From NCBI GenBank assembly GCA_029717555.1, contig JAMDHS010000008.1:310001-374000 (forward strand): a stretch of DNA of 64,000 bases, in the 5' to 3' direction. Shown here piece by piece: positions 37,147 to 49,749 of the stretch. Made by a program: the position numbers and the translations under genes. Every line of letters starts with the position of its first letter. Position 1 is the stretch's first letter. The DNA is from Peribolospora baueri (taxonomy: Eukaryota). Under the pieces are notes generated by a model, which was not told the origin of the DNA, searched no databases, and saw only the letters and a list, made by a program, of their open reading frames with translations.

Positions 37147-37361
37147 TTCTTTTTGCAGTGCATTTTCCGCGCTTATTTTGCCGGCAGCCTCTTTGTCAAT
37201 ACTGCCTCAACACTCTTGCACAAGCATTTTCCTAATTCCGCCGCGTATGAATCTCGTGGGTTCGAGCGTTTGGGCTCTGGTCTGTCTTCTATGATTCTTC
37301 TTGCCCGTGTCCTCCTGTAGTTTCTATTCATTTTCGTCGCTCCTTCCTGTCTAACCGTCAG

Positions 37362-38900
37362 TCAGTCATGTGCGCCACGCGCCTTCAGGTCCTCCGGCGT
37401 AACCCGCGGAGCTTGGCCGAGGAGCCGGCGGTCCGCCATGCGCACCTCGTCCCTTGAGCCGTCGCCAGCCAAGCCGTCGGTCCTGCCGGACTCGACGTCC
37501 GACGCGAGCTGGACGTGGTGGGACCAGCTCCAGTATCGTTTCCAGTGCGCCGGGAGCGTGCTTTGAAGAAGCGAAAGGGCGAGCGAGCCAAGGAGGGGGA
37601 GGAACTGTAATGATGTCCAATCCAAGCGAGTCGTCGTTCAGCGCCGATCGCCGGACACACGGACTCCGGCTCCGTCGCCGCCGCTCACCTTGTACGCGTG
37701 TCCACTGCCGCCACCGATGGTGACGAGCCCCTTGGTGCCGGGCACCCAGTCCATCACCCAGTTACCGTCGAGGGTGTCGCAATACCAGCAAACCCTCGTA
37801 CCTTCGAAAGGCTTGTCCCGAGGGAGGTCGGGGTAGGCGGACGCGAGGGTGGCTCGGATCTGGCGCAGCGCTTCGACGGGGATGGATTCCGGCGCCGTGT
37901 CCTCTACGCCAGGCCGCATGGAAGGATGGGAGATCGGTTTGGAAAGCACGACGCCCTCCGCGCCATCTACGGGCACTGGGTTGATCCACCCGTTTCCGTG
38001 TATGGCCACCTTGATCTTCCCCTCTGCGTTGGGCTCGAAAAGATAACCGCCTGTGCCAAAGTCGAGCACGACCGGTGACCCGCGGTATGCCCTCGCTTCC
38101 GCTTCGTCGAGTTGGATCGTGGCTACGCACTGGGCCGTCGCCACGGTGGGGAGGGCGAGCGGGGTCAGCGGCCGCAAAGGATCGCTGAGGAGGGAGGCCA
38201 GGAGGGAAGGGAGCCAAGCGCCGACGGCGAGGATGGTGACGTCCGCCTCGTATGTCTGCCCATCGCTCGTGCGCACTCCTCGCACTGTCCTGTCGCTTCC
38301 CTCCTCTCTTTCAGACCAGACGAGAGAGGCCACCGTCTTACCGCCGACGACCGTGCCGCCGAGCTCCTTGACGCGCCGCATGACCGCAACCACGGCGTTG
38401 GCCGCTTCCGCCCACCCTCCTTGGGGGTTAAAGTAACCCGTCTTGGCCTCAAAAGAGCCGTGAGAGACGTGAGGGGCAAGGTGTCGACGAAAAGAAGCCG
38501 GGTCGGAGAACAGCCTCGGTCGTTCGTCCCCGGCTTCCGGGCCGGGATCGTCCTTGGGCGCATCGGGAAAGTCGCTTTCAAAGCTCTTCCGCAGGTACTG
38601 GACGCCTCGGGCGTTCTCGCGGTCGCTGAGAGCGAGCACTCCAACGGGGTGGTAGAAGGGCCGGTAGAGGGGGTCAGAGGACCATTTGGCGACGGCTTCC
38701 CGAGCCAGCGCCGCGTAGTGAGCGTCCTCGTAGCAGCTCCGGACGATCTTGTTCAGGTCGTGCGACGCGCTATCCTTGGCCGCAAAACCTTGGCCATCGC
38801 GCTCCAGCACGGTTACGGCATGGCCTGCCTGCAAGAGAGAAAGCGCGGTCGAGGCGCCGAAGACGCCCGCGCCGACGACGAGGTAGGACGTGGCAGTCAT
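37362..38900 (-). CDS. FAD-dependent amino-acid oxidase (sarcosine/L-pipecolate/fructosyl-amino-acid oxidase family), 2 exons
   Basis: VVGAGVFGASTAL, SASHDLNKIVRSCY, GYFNPQGGWAEAA, TRVCWYCDTLDGNWVMD, GGSGHAYK/FLPLLG. Confidence 0.92.
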
Positions 38901-39102
38901 GTTGTAGACAATCGGATGGGACCGCGTCGTCTCTCGTAGGCACCTTATCTGGCTGCGGCCCGCAACTAGCTGCGGGGTAACATGCACATATCTACAGGTG
39001 CAGTATGTACTCCAAGGACAAGGGCGTAGAGGAACGTATCCGAAAGACGAACGACTGGTAAAGCCGACTCTACACACATGAACAGACCTTCTAAAGCCAA
39101 CT

Positions 39103-41220
39103 CTATGCTCCACCGTCCTCACCGTCCCTCGCCATGCTCAATGCCCTCCTCGGCGGGCTCATCAGCCACTCGTTCACCCTCTTCAAGGTTGAGCGCGAAG
39201 GGTTCGCCGACGGGCGGGATGCTATGATCCATTCGAGTCGGCGCTTCGGTAGGGATTTGGACGGGGCTGTTCGTTTGTGGGTTGGGAGAGAGGACGGGTC
39301 AGCGTCTCGACAACGGCTGGAAGTAAAGAAGCCACTCGGAGACCGTGGCGACGGGCACTGACCATCACCGACGATGGAATCCTCCAGAACCGGATCTCCT
39401 GTACGACCCTCCGGATAGAGAGCACACAGGACGGCGAGCGCAACGCCGACACTGACGTCGTCGCCCGTCGGACAAGTAATGAGAACCATACCTCTGCCGT
39501 CCGTTCCCACGTCTCGAGGAGCGTCTCCAGCCGCCGTCGCCCGGCCGGGCACTTGAGCAATCGACGCCTCCCGCAGCGCGGCTCGCACGGCAGTCACCGC
39601 TCGTGGGAGGCAGTGGTACAGAGCGGAAGCACCGCGCTTGCCTCTGGGGATGTGGAGGGCGATGACCGGAGCGAGTTGTGTCCGGTGAAGGCGCTCTTCG
39701 TTTCGCTGTCGCTCGTCTTTATCATCACCAACACCTGGGTCTGGCCCTTTCTCAGACGCATCGAGAATGAGCACCCATTCGCATCGTTCTCGCTCAAAAG
39801 CATATCCCTCCGGCCTCTTGGCGAGCGCTATCGGCGTGTCGTGCACGACGGTCGGTCGCTCCTGCCCGTCCGATGAGCTACCACGCTCATCCTTTGCTCC
39901 CTTGGCCTCCTCCTCGTCTCCATCTCCGCGTCCCTCGCCCTCTGCTTGCACGACCCGGCGTATGGCATCTTCCAACTGCGAGCCCCTCTCGCAAGACAGA
40001 AGCTCCTCCCGAAACCTCCACCACGTGGGCGCTTCGAGACCTTGACTCCAGTCCTCGTGGTCGTCGCCAGAACCTTGGACATAGGTGAATCCCTCGGCGC
40101 GGGAGGCAAGACGGGAAGGCGTGGGCGAGGAGGCGCTGAGGAGGAGCAGCGGATGGTGCGGGACTGCTGATGCGGAGGACAGGGAGGAAAGACGCGGATG
40201 AGCAGGATGGTGAAAGTATGGGATGAGCGGCCTCGAGAGGGAGGGCAACGGAAGGTCTGAGGTCTGCGCGAAATTAGAAGCACACGTGAATCGCTCAGCC
40301 CGGGAGGACACCGGAAAGGAAGACGGCCCGCTCACCAACAGCTCCTGCACCCAACCGTCTAGCCTCTGTTCCATCTGGTCGTGCTCGCTCGGGCTGACCA
40401 CGTCTGCCGGGGTGTACAGTGCCGTGTCCCACCCCTCGTCGCAACCGCTCCGGACGACGTCGCGTATCATGCCCAACGTGGCTCTCCGGGCTTCTCCATC
40501 TCCGAGCCGACGAGCGACGAGCGCGGCCCTGTTCAGCACGGCACACCATATTGGGACAGTTTTGGAGAGGGCGTCGGGCATGCTCTACAATGTCGGACGG
40601 CGCGATCAGTCAAACGTCCGGCCACAACCGGTCTCGGCACACGCGCCACATCGCGCTTACCTTCCCTCTCCGCGTCGAATCGACGATACACGCGCCCCCG
40701 CTCGCCTGCACCAGCTGGACCAGATGCAGATTGCTCCTCCGCAGACTGAACCCCCAGTTGTTCGTATGCCCATCCGTGGACTTGAAATAAGCCGTCGCTG
40801 CGAGCAGGTCCGGCCAGACGTACCATAGACCCGCGCGCAGATTCGCTGCTCACGCGAGAGAATACACATCAGAGGCCAAGCGTTCACCAGGAGAATCCCT
40901 CACCGAGCGCACAGAAAGACCGTCACTTACCGACCACCGGAAGGTCTGGAAACGTCGCGGCCGTCCTAGCCACGAACCTGGCGTCCTGCGGACGTGGGGG
41001 ATGGGCGCACGGATCAAGTCGCAAGGGTGTGTAACAAGTCAGTCCGAGCCAAGTTCCACACGAGTCCGCGCAACGGGCAAAACTCTGCTCAGCAGGGTCG
41101 CACCTCATCCATGCTCCTCAGCCTGTTCCAAGCATCTTTCGCCTCCCTGCGTATCTCCGCCGTCTGCAGCTTGTAGACATTCCGGATCGCATCGCTATCG
41201 ATGCCGACGTAGGCGACCAT
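39103..41220 (-). CDS. RIT1: tRNA A64-2'-O-ribosylphosphate transferase, multi-exon
   Basis: NRLRSMDE, NLRAGLWY, AYFKSTDGHTNNWGFSLRRSNLHL, IVDSTRRGK/.MPDALSKTVPIWCAVLN, YVQGSGDDHEDWSQGL, ANPSRSTLKRVNEWLMS. Confidence 0.95.
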
Positions 41221-41636
41221 GACGAGAAGAGCCTGCGAGGCAGAGAAGAAATGGGTCTCTCCATTCACGGCTGCGGCGACCGATAGATATCTCATGATGG
41301 ACGTTCCCCGACGAGCAAGCGATCGAAACCTTGCCCGCTACCGCAGCCTTTCGAGCCGCTGCATGGAGCGACTCATCGATCATTGCTTGAGGCGTCCCTG
41401 ACGGCTCTGACGAAACACCGGCAGTGAGCAATCCGCTTGGTCAAACTCGTTCTTACAAAGTCCTGCGGGCCGTCGCTAGACAGCGCCAGGGAGTAGAATA
41501 CAAGCTGGAACCGAGTCGCTCCTGGGTATCATGACGAGGGAAGGAAGGTAACCACTCGAAAGAAGTGAAGATGAATGCGGAGAGAAAAAAGAAAGCGACT
41601 GCGCGCGGGCGGTACACAGGAAAAGTGCAAGTTCCG

Positions 41637-44013
41637 CTACGCCGTCGCCTTCCTCTTGACGCCAATCTTCCCTCTGGAACCGACGCCCTCGATCAGATCG
41701 CCGAGTTCCCGCGGGAGATGGCGGGTGGTGAGGGTGTGAAGGGAGCAAGTGGAGGGGAGGTGACCGTGCCTGATTCGTTGGTTCATCGTTGGAGGAAGGG
41801 AATGAGAGGGGGCAAGGAAACATAAGCGAGAGTGCCTCATGATGAGGAGGCAAAGCGAGACGACCGTATGCACCCACCGTTTCAACAACTTCACCACGTC
41901 CTCCTCAGCGATCGTCGACCGTTCGCCCCGGTCCCGCTCCACAGACGCGGCGAGATCTATGCAGCATTGGAGGAAAAACTCGTGTGTGCTGTGGTGACAT
42001 TGTCGTCGTAAAGGGAGAGACAAGTCGGGACGAGATAAACGGTAAAGTTAGTCAGAAGAGGTGTATCGACTGCGTGGATGAGGAGCAGTGCCGACCAGAT
42101 GATCGACTCACGCATCCTCGACAGCCTCCCAAGCGGCTTCGTCCACCTTTCCTGATCGCTTCCCTCCTCTTCCTCTGCCGCCCGTCGCGCCACCGCCTGA
42201 CTCTGTGCTGACGGAAAAGGCGTAGGTCGTGAACAGTGCCTTTGTTAGAGTGCGAGGGAACGTTGGAAGAGGGAGGTTTGTCAAGGGAGAGATGCTGCGA
42301 GCCGGAGAGGAGGGGGGGACCGGCCGTGCAAAGAAAATCAGCAGCCCGTCTTCAGACCGGAAAAGAACACAAGGAACGACGAAAAAGCACATGCCAGCAC
42401 GACTCACCGCTCCTTCTTCTTCCTCTTCTTCACCAGCCCCCTTCCTGGCGTCGGCTCCGTTCTCTTCCTCTTCCCTGTCTTCGCTGCCAACATCGAATCC
42501 ACCCTCTCCATCATCTTCGCTCCCCACACCGAGTCCGCATCCGCGCCAGGCCCCTCCTCTCTGGCTTCGTCCTCCACGAAGACGTTGGAGGTTCTGTCTC
42601 CAGCTTGGTTGCCTTCTACCCCGATCGAGAGATCGTCTCCGGAGGAGGACGGCTGCTCTCGGCCCGTCGCCAAATCCACACTCGTGCCCTCCATATCGGT
42701 CTTAGAAGGACTCCTTCCGTCGTCTCCCTCGTCCATAAAGACGTCGGCATCAAAAACGCCAGCATCCCCGCCTACGTCGTCGTCCGATTCGTCTTCCATC
42801 GACATCCCGGCGCGGAAAGAGGAAGCTTGTTCTACACCTCTTACCAGACCTGCACTCGTGCCCTCCAGATCAGCCTTTGAAGGATCCCCATCGTCCTCGA
42901 GGAAAACGTCGGTGGGTTCGCCTCCGTCTTCATCGGACTCGGCTTCGACTTCAACCGGGACTTCGCCACCGAAAGAGGAAGGCTGGTCCATACCTCTTTC
43001 CAGGCCTATGCTCATGCCCTCCGAGCCGGTCCTCGAAGTCCTACTTCCGCCTCCATCCTCCTCGATGAATACGCCGGCGTCTTCGCCTTCATCGGACGTG
43101 TCTCCAACCGAGACTTCGCCAAAAGAGGAGGGCCGGCCTATGCCTCTTTCCAGGCCTGCGCTCATACCATCCAAGCCGGACTTCGATGGACTCCTCCTAT
43201 CTTCATCGTCCATGGCATAATCCTCCTCCATGAATATGTCGGCATCTGCACCTCTCGCTTCGTCGACCTCGTCTTCAATCGAGACTCCGCCCCCAAACGA
43301 AGAAGGTCTGCCCCTTGCCAACCCTACACTTGTGACATCCGAGTAGGCTCTTGAAGGACTTCTTTCGTCGTCTTCCTCGTCCATGGGGGCGTTAGCATTG
43401 AGTAAGCCGGTGTCTCCGCCCTCGTCCTCGTCCGACTCGTCCTCTATGGTGACTCCGCCACCAAAAGAGGAAGGCCGTCCTCTGCTTCTTGATATACCTG
43501 CTCTGATGCCGTCCGGTCCGGCCTTCGAGGTTCTCCTCGCATCCTCTTCTTCCTCCCCTGCGGCCCACGGTGATGGGAGAAGGCTTTTCCGTGAAGAACC
43601 AGCATCCTGTGCGTGAGAGGCCGTGTGAAACCGGGGGGTGGAGGTGAGATATGCGGGACGCAAGGGTGGTGAGGGGCGCCGGTTGGGGGAAGGGGCAAAG
43701 CCAGGGACTGTCGACAAAATTGAGAATGAGCATCACCTCAAGGGCTTTTGTGCGCAGGCATGGTTTTGAGGCGTCACGAGACCTGCCGCTCACCCCTGCT
43801 CAGCGCCCTCAACAAATCTATTGGGCTAGTGTTCTTCCCTCCACTTCTCCCGCCCGGTACACCGTATTCGGATCGTTCCTCACGCAGGCTGTCGTCGGCG
43901 GCTTGTCGTCTTGGAGTGCTGGTCGGTCTCCCGCGCTTGCTGCTATCGACGACTCGAACCGAGGACCTGCGTCCAGCGGGTGACCTCCGCGGCGTTCTCT
44001 GGGGCGTCGTCAT
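41637..44013 (-). CDS. CENPT: Centromere protein T (Cnp20)-like with C-terminal histone fold, multi-exon
   Basis: N-terminal TSPIDLLRALSR motif, long disordered middle, C-terminus AWEAVEDA/THEFF..DLAA...RSTIAEEDVVKLLKR/HG...LHTLTTRHLPREL typical of the CENP-T histone fold. Confidence 0.75.
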
Positions 44014-44643
44014 CGCCGGAGCAGAGGGAGACGAAAGATGGGTGCTTGATGTGCTGCTCTTGCGATCGTCGTTCGTCGTTCGTCGTCCGTCTTGTCGTCT
44101 TCCTTCGTTCGCCTCGGATCGTCAGACCGTTGCGGGACTGCCCGCCGCAGCCAGCGCGTCGCGTGAATGCGAGTTGCTCACGTGATGTATCGCCCACGTG
44201 CGTCACACGATCGGGATTCGGGTGCCCGGCTTGCGGAGCAGGGAAGCGTACGGCTCAAGAGTGCGTCAGGTGTCGGAATCGTGTGAGGGCAAGAAAGTTG
44301 GAAAGGGGAAAAAGAAGCACTTTCACCTTTCACCTCCATCCCTCCGTCCATCCCCAGCGCACCCTCGCCCTCCCTCTGCTCGCCCTCCGATCGTCCTTTT
44401 TCTTCGCGCTCCAGCAAGGCCTCCGCTTCTGGGCGGGTGTGGGACAACCTTTAGGGCGGAACCGGCGACAAGCTGGAGCTACGCATGCGGGGGCGCCAAC
44501 CGACCGAGGGAAGCATCGGCAGACGGACGACCTGCTCTTAACTTACATGGCCCACTGGCGTGTTCCATCGCTACACACGCAACACACCCAAGGCCGCCAG
44601 ACGCTGGCCTCGGCGTCTGTCGTTTCCTCGACCACCAGCAGCC

Positions 44644-47600
44644 ATGCTCGTCTTCGCCTTTTTTCTTACCTACCTCATCGGAGGACTCACCTTCGTCCCG
44701 CTCGTCCTCGCCTGCGGCATCGCCACGCTTCTTTTTCTCTCTCCGACTGTCGATCATGCCGCCTTTATCGACGGCTCAGCAGGCGGGGATAAAAGCCAGC
44801 GCAGAGACGATGCGTCGGCAGAGGAGAAGGCGGCAGGCGATGGTAACATTCCTCAGGAGAGTAAAGATGCCGCGCTGGCTGCTGCCGAGTCGGCCTCTGG
44901 CTCGTCCAGACCCGTCATCACTGGATGGCTCACCATCAGGCGCACTTACGAGGCCCAGTCAAGCGCTCCGAGCTCCGGGACCGGCTCTGGCGTCGAAGGC
45001 AATGGTAGCGGGGCTACTGGAGCAGGAACCGCGACCACGACGACGACCGCGGCGGGGTCATACATGAACTCGATCTATCGAGGTTTCATGGACTACCGAC
45101 GAGATCGAAACGATGAGCGCCGGCGCTCACAGTCGTCCCACTCCCCCACGCCTTCCGATTCGCCTCTCGCGGCCCGCGCCGACGACGGCAAGGCCTCTCC
45201 TCGCTCGGTCTCACCCGCAGGGCTAAACAAGGGGTCCCCCTCCTCTCTTGTCTCCATCTCTTCCTCCTCGCCCGCCAGGACCGGCGGCGGCCGGGGTCAA
45301 GAGCCGATGAGCTTCCACTGTGTGCTCAAGCCTCCTATCCTCTACCTTTACACGTCTTCCGACCCCCCCTCCTCTTCCTCGCTGTCCATCTCGGCCACTG
45401 ACTGCTACGCAGCAATTGACGTGAGCAGGCACGTGGTCGAGATCTTCCCGCCGGTGGAGTCGGAGGGTGAGATTTTTGCCAAGCGTAATGCTATTCACCT
45501 TTTCGAGGTCGTCGCCTCGGCCGATGGCGGTTTGGAGCCAACTACCAACAGGCGAAGGATGCCCAGCGAGGCGGATGGCAAGGGTGAGGGGCAAATCGGA
45601 CAGCTCGGGGACGGTGGCGGGGGCGAAGCCGACGGAAACGGGACGGCGATGACATCGACAACGCCGCCGACAGGTCCCCGAGACTGGTACCTGTTCGCGC
45701 GCACCAACATGTCCATGGAGGACTGGTATCACGCTCTGCTCAATTGCTCGGCCTCCTCTCCGCTGGTGCGGCCGGCGGAGTCGGTGCTCAACACGGCGTC
45801 GCTCTTCTCGTCCGACGACATGCTCGGCATGCTCACCTCGCTCGACACCCTCTCCGACCCGCTCCCGCTCCGATGGTTCAACGCACTCCTCGGCCGCGTC
45901 TTCTTCTCCGTTTACCGTACCGCCGCCTTGCCCGATTACATCAAGGCTAAGTTGGACAAGAAGCTCAGCAGGGTCAAGACGCCTGGATTCCTCGGTGACG
46001 TCGAGGTCAGGGAGGTTGACATCGGACGGACGAGTCCGCTTTGGAGCAGGCCAATGTTGAAGGAGGCCAGAGCGGACGGGGAAACGAGTATGGAGGTGGG
46101 TAGCTCACGGAAGAGGGCTTTACCGGTTCGATTTGGTTCTCCTGACGCCCCCTATGTTCGCATGGCACTCGCAGGTCGCCGTACACTACGCAGGTTCTTT
46201 CCGTTTAGTCATCTCCACCTCTGTCACCCTCTCCTTGCCCACTGCCCGACTGGGCCTAAAACCATACACGATCCCTCTCGTCCTCTCGGTCACGCTCACC
46301 TCTCTCGAAGGAAACCTCCTCCTGCGCATTAAGCCACCGCCGAGCAACCGCATCTGGTACGGGTTCACCACCATGCCGAAGCTCGGCATGCTCGTCGAGC
46401 CGATCGTGAGCGAGAGGCGTGTACAGTGGGGCGTCGTCACAAGACAGATCGAAGCTCGGCTAAGGGAAGTGCTGCAAGAGTCTATCGTCCTTCCACACAT
46501 GGACGACGTTCCCTTTTTCGATACCGGCCGGTTCGCTCATCGCGGTGGCATTTGGGACGACGCAAGGATGACCGCGAGGACCGCCAGGAAAGAGAAGGAG
46601 AGCGCCGCAGAGATGACCGCATCGGGTCTAGCTGTGGAGGCGGACGTTTACTCGGCAGGCAAGGAAGGCGAGATCGATGCAGTTGTCGTCGCTAGTGGAC
46701 GAGAAGACATCGCTGTCCGTGACAGCCACAAGGATCTTCGACGAGGAGGTACGGAGGCTAGCGGTGTCTCGTTGGCAGCCGTGGACGAGGAAGGCGGAGA
46801 TTCGGATGGGAGCGACGCTGCGTCAAGCCTGGCTGCCCATTTGAAGGGATTCCGAACCTCATCGCCCATGCGACGCGGCGGCGCAGGCTTGAGGAATGTA
46901 CCACCAGATGGAGGGAAGCAACAGAACGACCAGCAACACGAGCGGAAACGGTCGTGGTTTTCTCCGTCCAGGTTCGGAGGCGCAAGCGGAGGCTCCGCGA
47001 GCGGCTCGGCTTCGCCTGTCGGAGGCAGTGGTGCGACGTCCAAGAATGTCGTCTCACTTCCTCCTACGAGGAGCGCTACCAGCCCTGCCACGCCGGCTCC
47101 TCACTCCTTCGGCCAAGACGTGGAAGATGAAGCGGACGGGCATCCCGCAGAGGTAGGATCGAGCGGACTCGAGAGGCAAAAGAGTAGGGGGAGCGCCGGG
47201 GCAAGTATCAGCAGCATCGGTAGCGCCACCAGTGCCGTCAGCGCTCCATCTCAGCAGGAGAGCATTCATCGTGCATCGGATGCGTCTGCTAGTCTGTCGA
47301 TGTCGGTGGGGAACGAAGCCACCACCGAAAGTGGCGAGGGACGCACCGCCGGGGAGCGCAGAGGGAGTATGAGCAGCAAGGGTCGTCGGCTGCCTCCGCC
47401 GCCGCCGATCGTTCTTTCCGAGCCTATGTCCTCGACCGTGTCGGCGTCTCAGGCGGTCGCAGTGACCGAAGGCGAGGCCATGCCGACCCCTACTGGCTCC
47501 GACAGTGTCTCTGGGTCTACATGGGCGTCGCCAGCCCGTGCAGGTCCTGGTGGGCCTGTCTCTCTTGCGCAGAGACCTAAGTTGACTTCAGCTTACTCTA

Positions 47601-49749
47601 CTTCGAGCGTCGACTCGACGCTCGCCGCCACCGTTGCCAGAGACCATCAAGCAGGAGGCGTGGTATCCTCGGAATCAACCTCCACTTCTTCCTCCGCTGG
47701 CACCTCCGTCCGGGACATGTTCGGTCCTCCGCCTAGACGCACCCCTCACACCCCTCACCCCTCTTCTCGTTCTCCTTCCTTTCACTCCGTTCGAAGCTCT
47801 CCCAGTCCCCATGCCGAGGGCAGACAATATGGGAGCGGGGCGCGAAATGGCGGAGAAGAAGGGAACGACGAGACCGCATCGACTTCGTCTTCCTCGACCT
47901 CGTTCCTACTCAGCTCGTGGAACAAGGCCAAGACTTCCACAGCGGACAAACAGGCTATCGCTTCCTCTGTCAACCAGGCTAGGGACGCCGTGAAGCGTTG
48001 GGGGACGAATTGGAACAACAAGAGGCTGGAGAGGAAGGGTTTGGTGGGTACCGCTGGAGACAATGGTCGGAGAGTCTGGAGTGGCGAAAGAGCGAGCGCG
48101 GCTGCCGAGGGGGAAGAGGGTACAGACGAGGGTGAGCAGGAAAGAACGGAGGGTCAAAGGAGCGTATCGGACGCGCCGTCGCTGGGCCGCAGATTGATCG
48201 GCGGCGCAAGCCCTCCGGACCCGGGAAGCATGGGCGTCGGCCTGAGTCTTTCGGTTTCGCCGGACCTGTCTCTGAACGGCAGCGCACGGAGAGCCGGAGC
48301 AGAGCAACAGGGTCAACATCGGAGGCCAAGGACGTTTTCTACGCCTGATCCGTCGCCCGCGAGCGCGGAGAACTCGGAAGGGGGCAGCTCGGGGAGCGCG
48401 GGGAGTGCCGGGTCAGGTGGGAAGATGGATTACAGGGGCTATAGAGCACAGAAGATGAGGCAAAGAGAGGCGGGCAAGCTAAAGGAGCGACAAAGCCAAG
48501 ACAGTCTCGGTCAAGATACGAGCCGGGACCAAGAGCAGCGTACAAGCGGACAGCCGAGCTTCCCTTCTCGGCCGATGGTCTCTAATTGGGATGCTCGGCC
48601 TCCATTGCTTGCTTCTCCTCCCCGCGCCGTTCGGAAGAGCATCGAGTCTGCTCCCGGCGCCCCCGCGGCACTGCTTGGCTCGCCAGAGATGACGAGGGCC
48701 CCTCTTTCTGCCCCTGGAGAAGAAGTCGGAGACGACGTTGCCACTGTCTCTATCGCCAGTTCGCCTCGAAGTGGCACTGGCTTTGCTCCTTTCACTCCGA
48801 CGACCGCCAAGCCCACGACCGGTCTTTCCTCCAAGGAGGCCACCTTTTTGTCTGGCATTGCGCCGCCGGCTGGTCCGGATGAGTCAGAGCTGAAACGGAG
48901 TGGCTCTGACGCTGGGGCGGCATCCAACTCCGTCCCCGCGACGGAATCGTTGGCAAAGGCCGCGGCCGATCAATCGAACGGCAAGTCAGCCACTCCCCGT
49001 CGTCCCACCTCTTCCTCCTCCCGAAACTTCAAGACAGAGCAGCCCAAAGCGGCTATGATGTCCATCCCTGGCATTCACGCCTCGCACCGCAACGTGCCTC
49101 AGTTTCAGAGTTACTCGCCTCCTGAGCCAGTCCATCCATCCGCCAGCCCGGGATCAGTGCTATGGAAGGGTGTGAGCATGTTTGGCAGGCGTGGACACCA
49201 GGGCCCGGCCGAGGTGGAGAAAGAGGAGGAAGGCAGACCCAGCTCATCTTCCTCTTCCACGCGAAGCAACCATCGCAGCCCGGGGCCGGGACTCGAGGAC
49301 GAGCTTCTATCACCTCGCGACGATGCGGGCGCTCTTCCACAGTGAGTCGTCAAAGCCTTCAACCCTCCCAGTCAAACCCTCAGTTCTACCACCGCGCTTT
49401 CGTCGGCACTCACTCGCTATTCCTGTCATTCCGGTACAGACTGAAAGCCTCACCCAGACCGGAGACTAGAGGTAGGACGGAGTGGGACGCGACCCCACGA
49501 GCATCCACGTTCTCCTCGCATCAAGATAGGGAGGAGCGGCGTTGGGCCGCAGTCACGGAGTCCGATTTAGGAGAAGATCGGCGAGCCATCGCCTCGCCTA
49601 AAGTTCCGCCTCAGGGCCCCGGCGTCCCTCCGGACATGCCTGCTCGTACGCGCGCTGCAGTTTCGCCGTCCAAGAAGACGGACGAGGGCGGCGGCAAAGA
49701 GTTGCCCACACACTTGTTGATGGACCTTGACGGGAATCCTTGGTCGTGA
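44644..49749 (+). CDS. NVJ2: Nvj2/TEX2-family TM-PH-SMP lipid transfer protein, 3 exons
   Basis: YLIGGLTFVPL TM segment, split PH domain (GWLTIRR; VLKPPILYLY; EGEIFAKRNAI; MEDWYHAL), SMP domain (RWFNALLGRVF; LLLRIKPPPSNRIWYGF; ESIVLPHMDD), long disordered tail. Confidence 0.92.
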
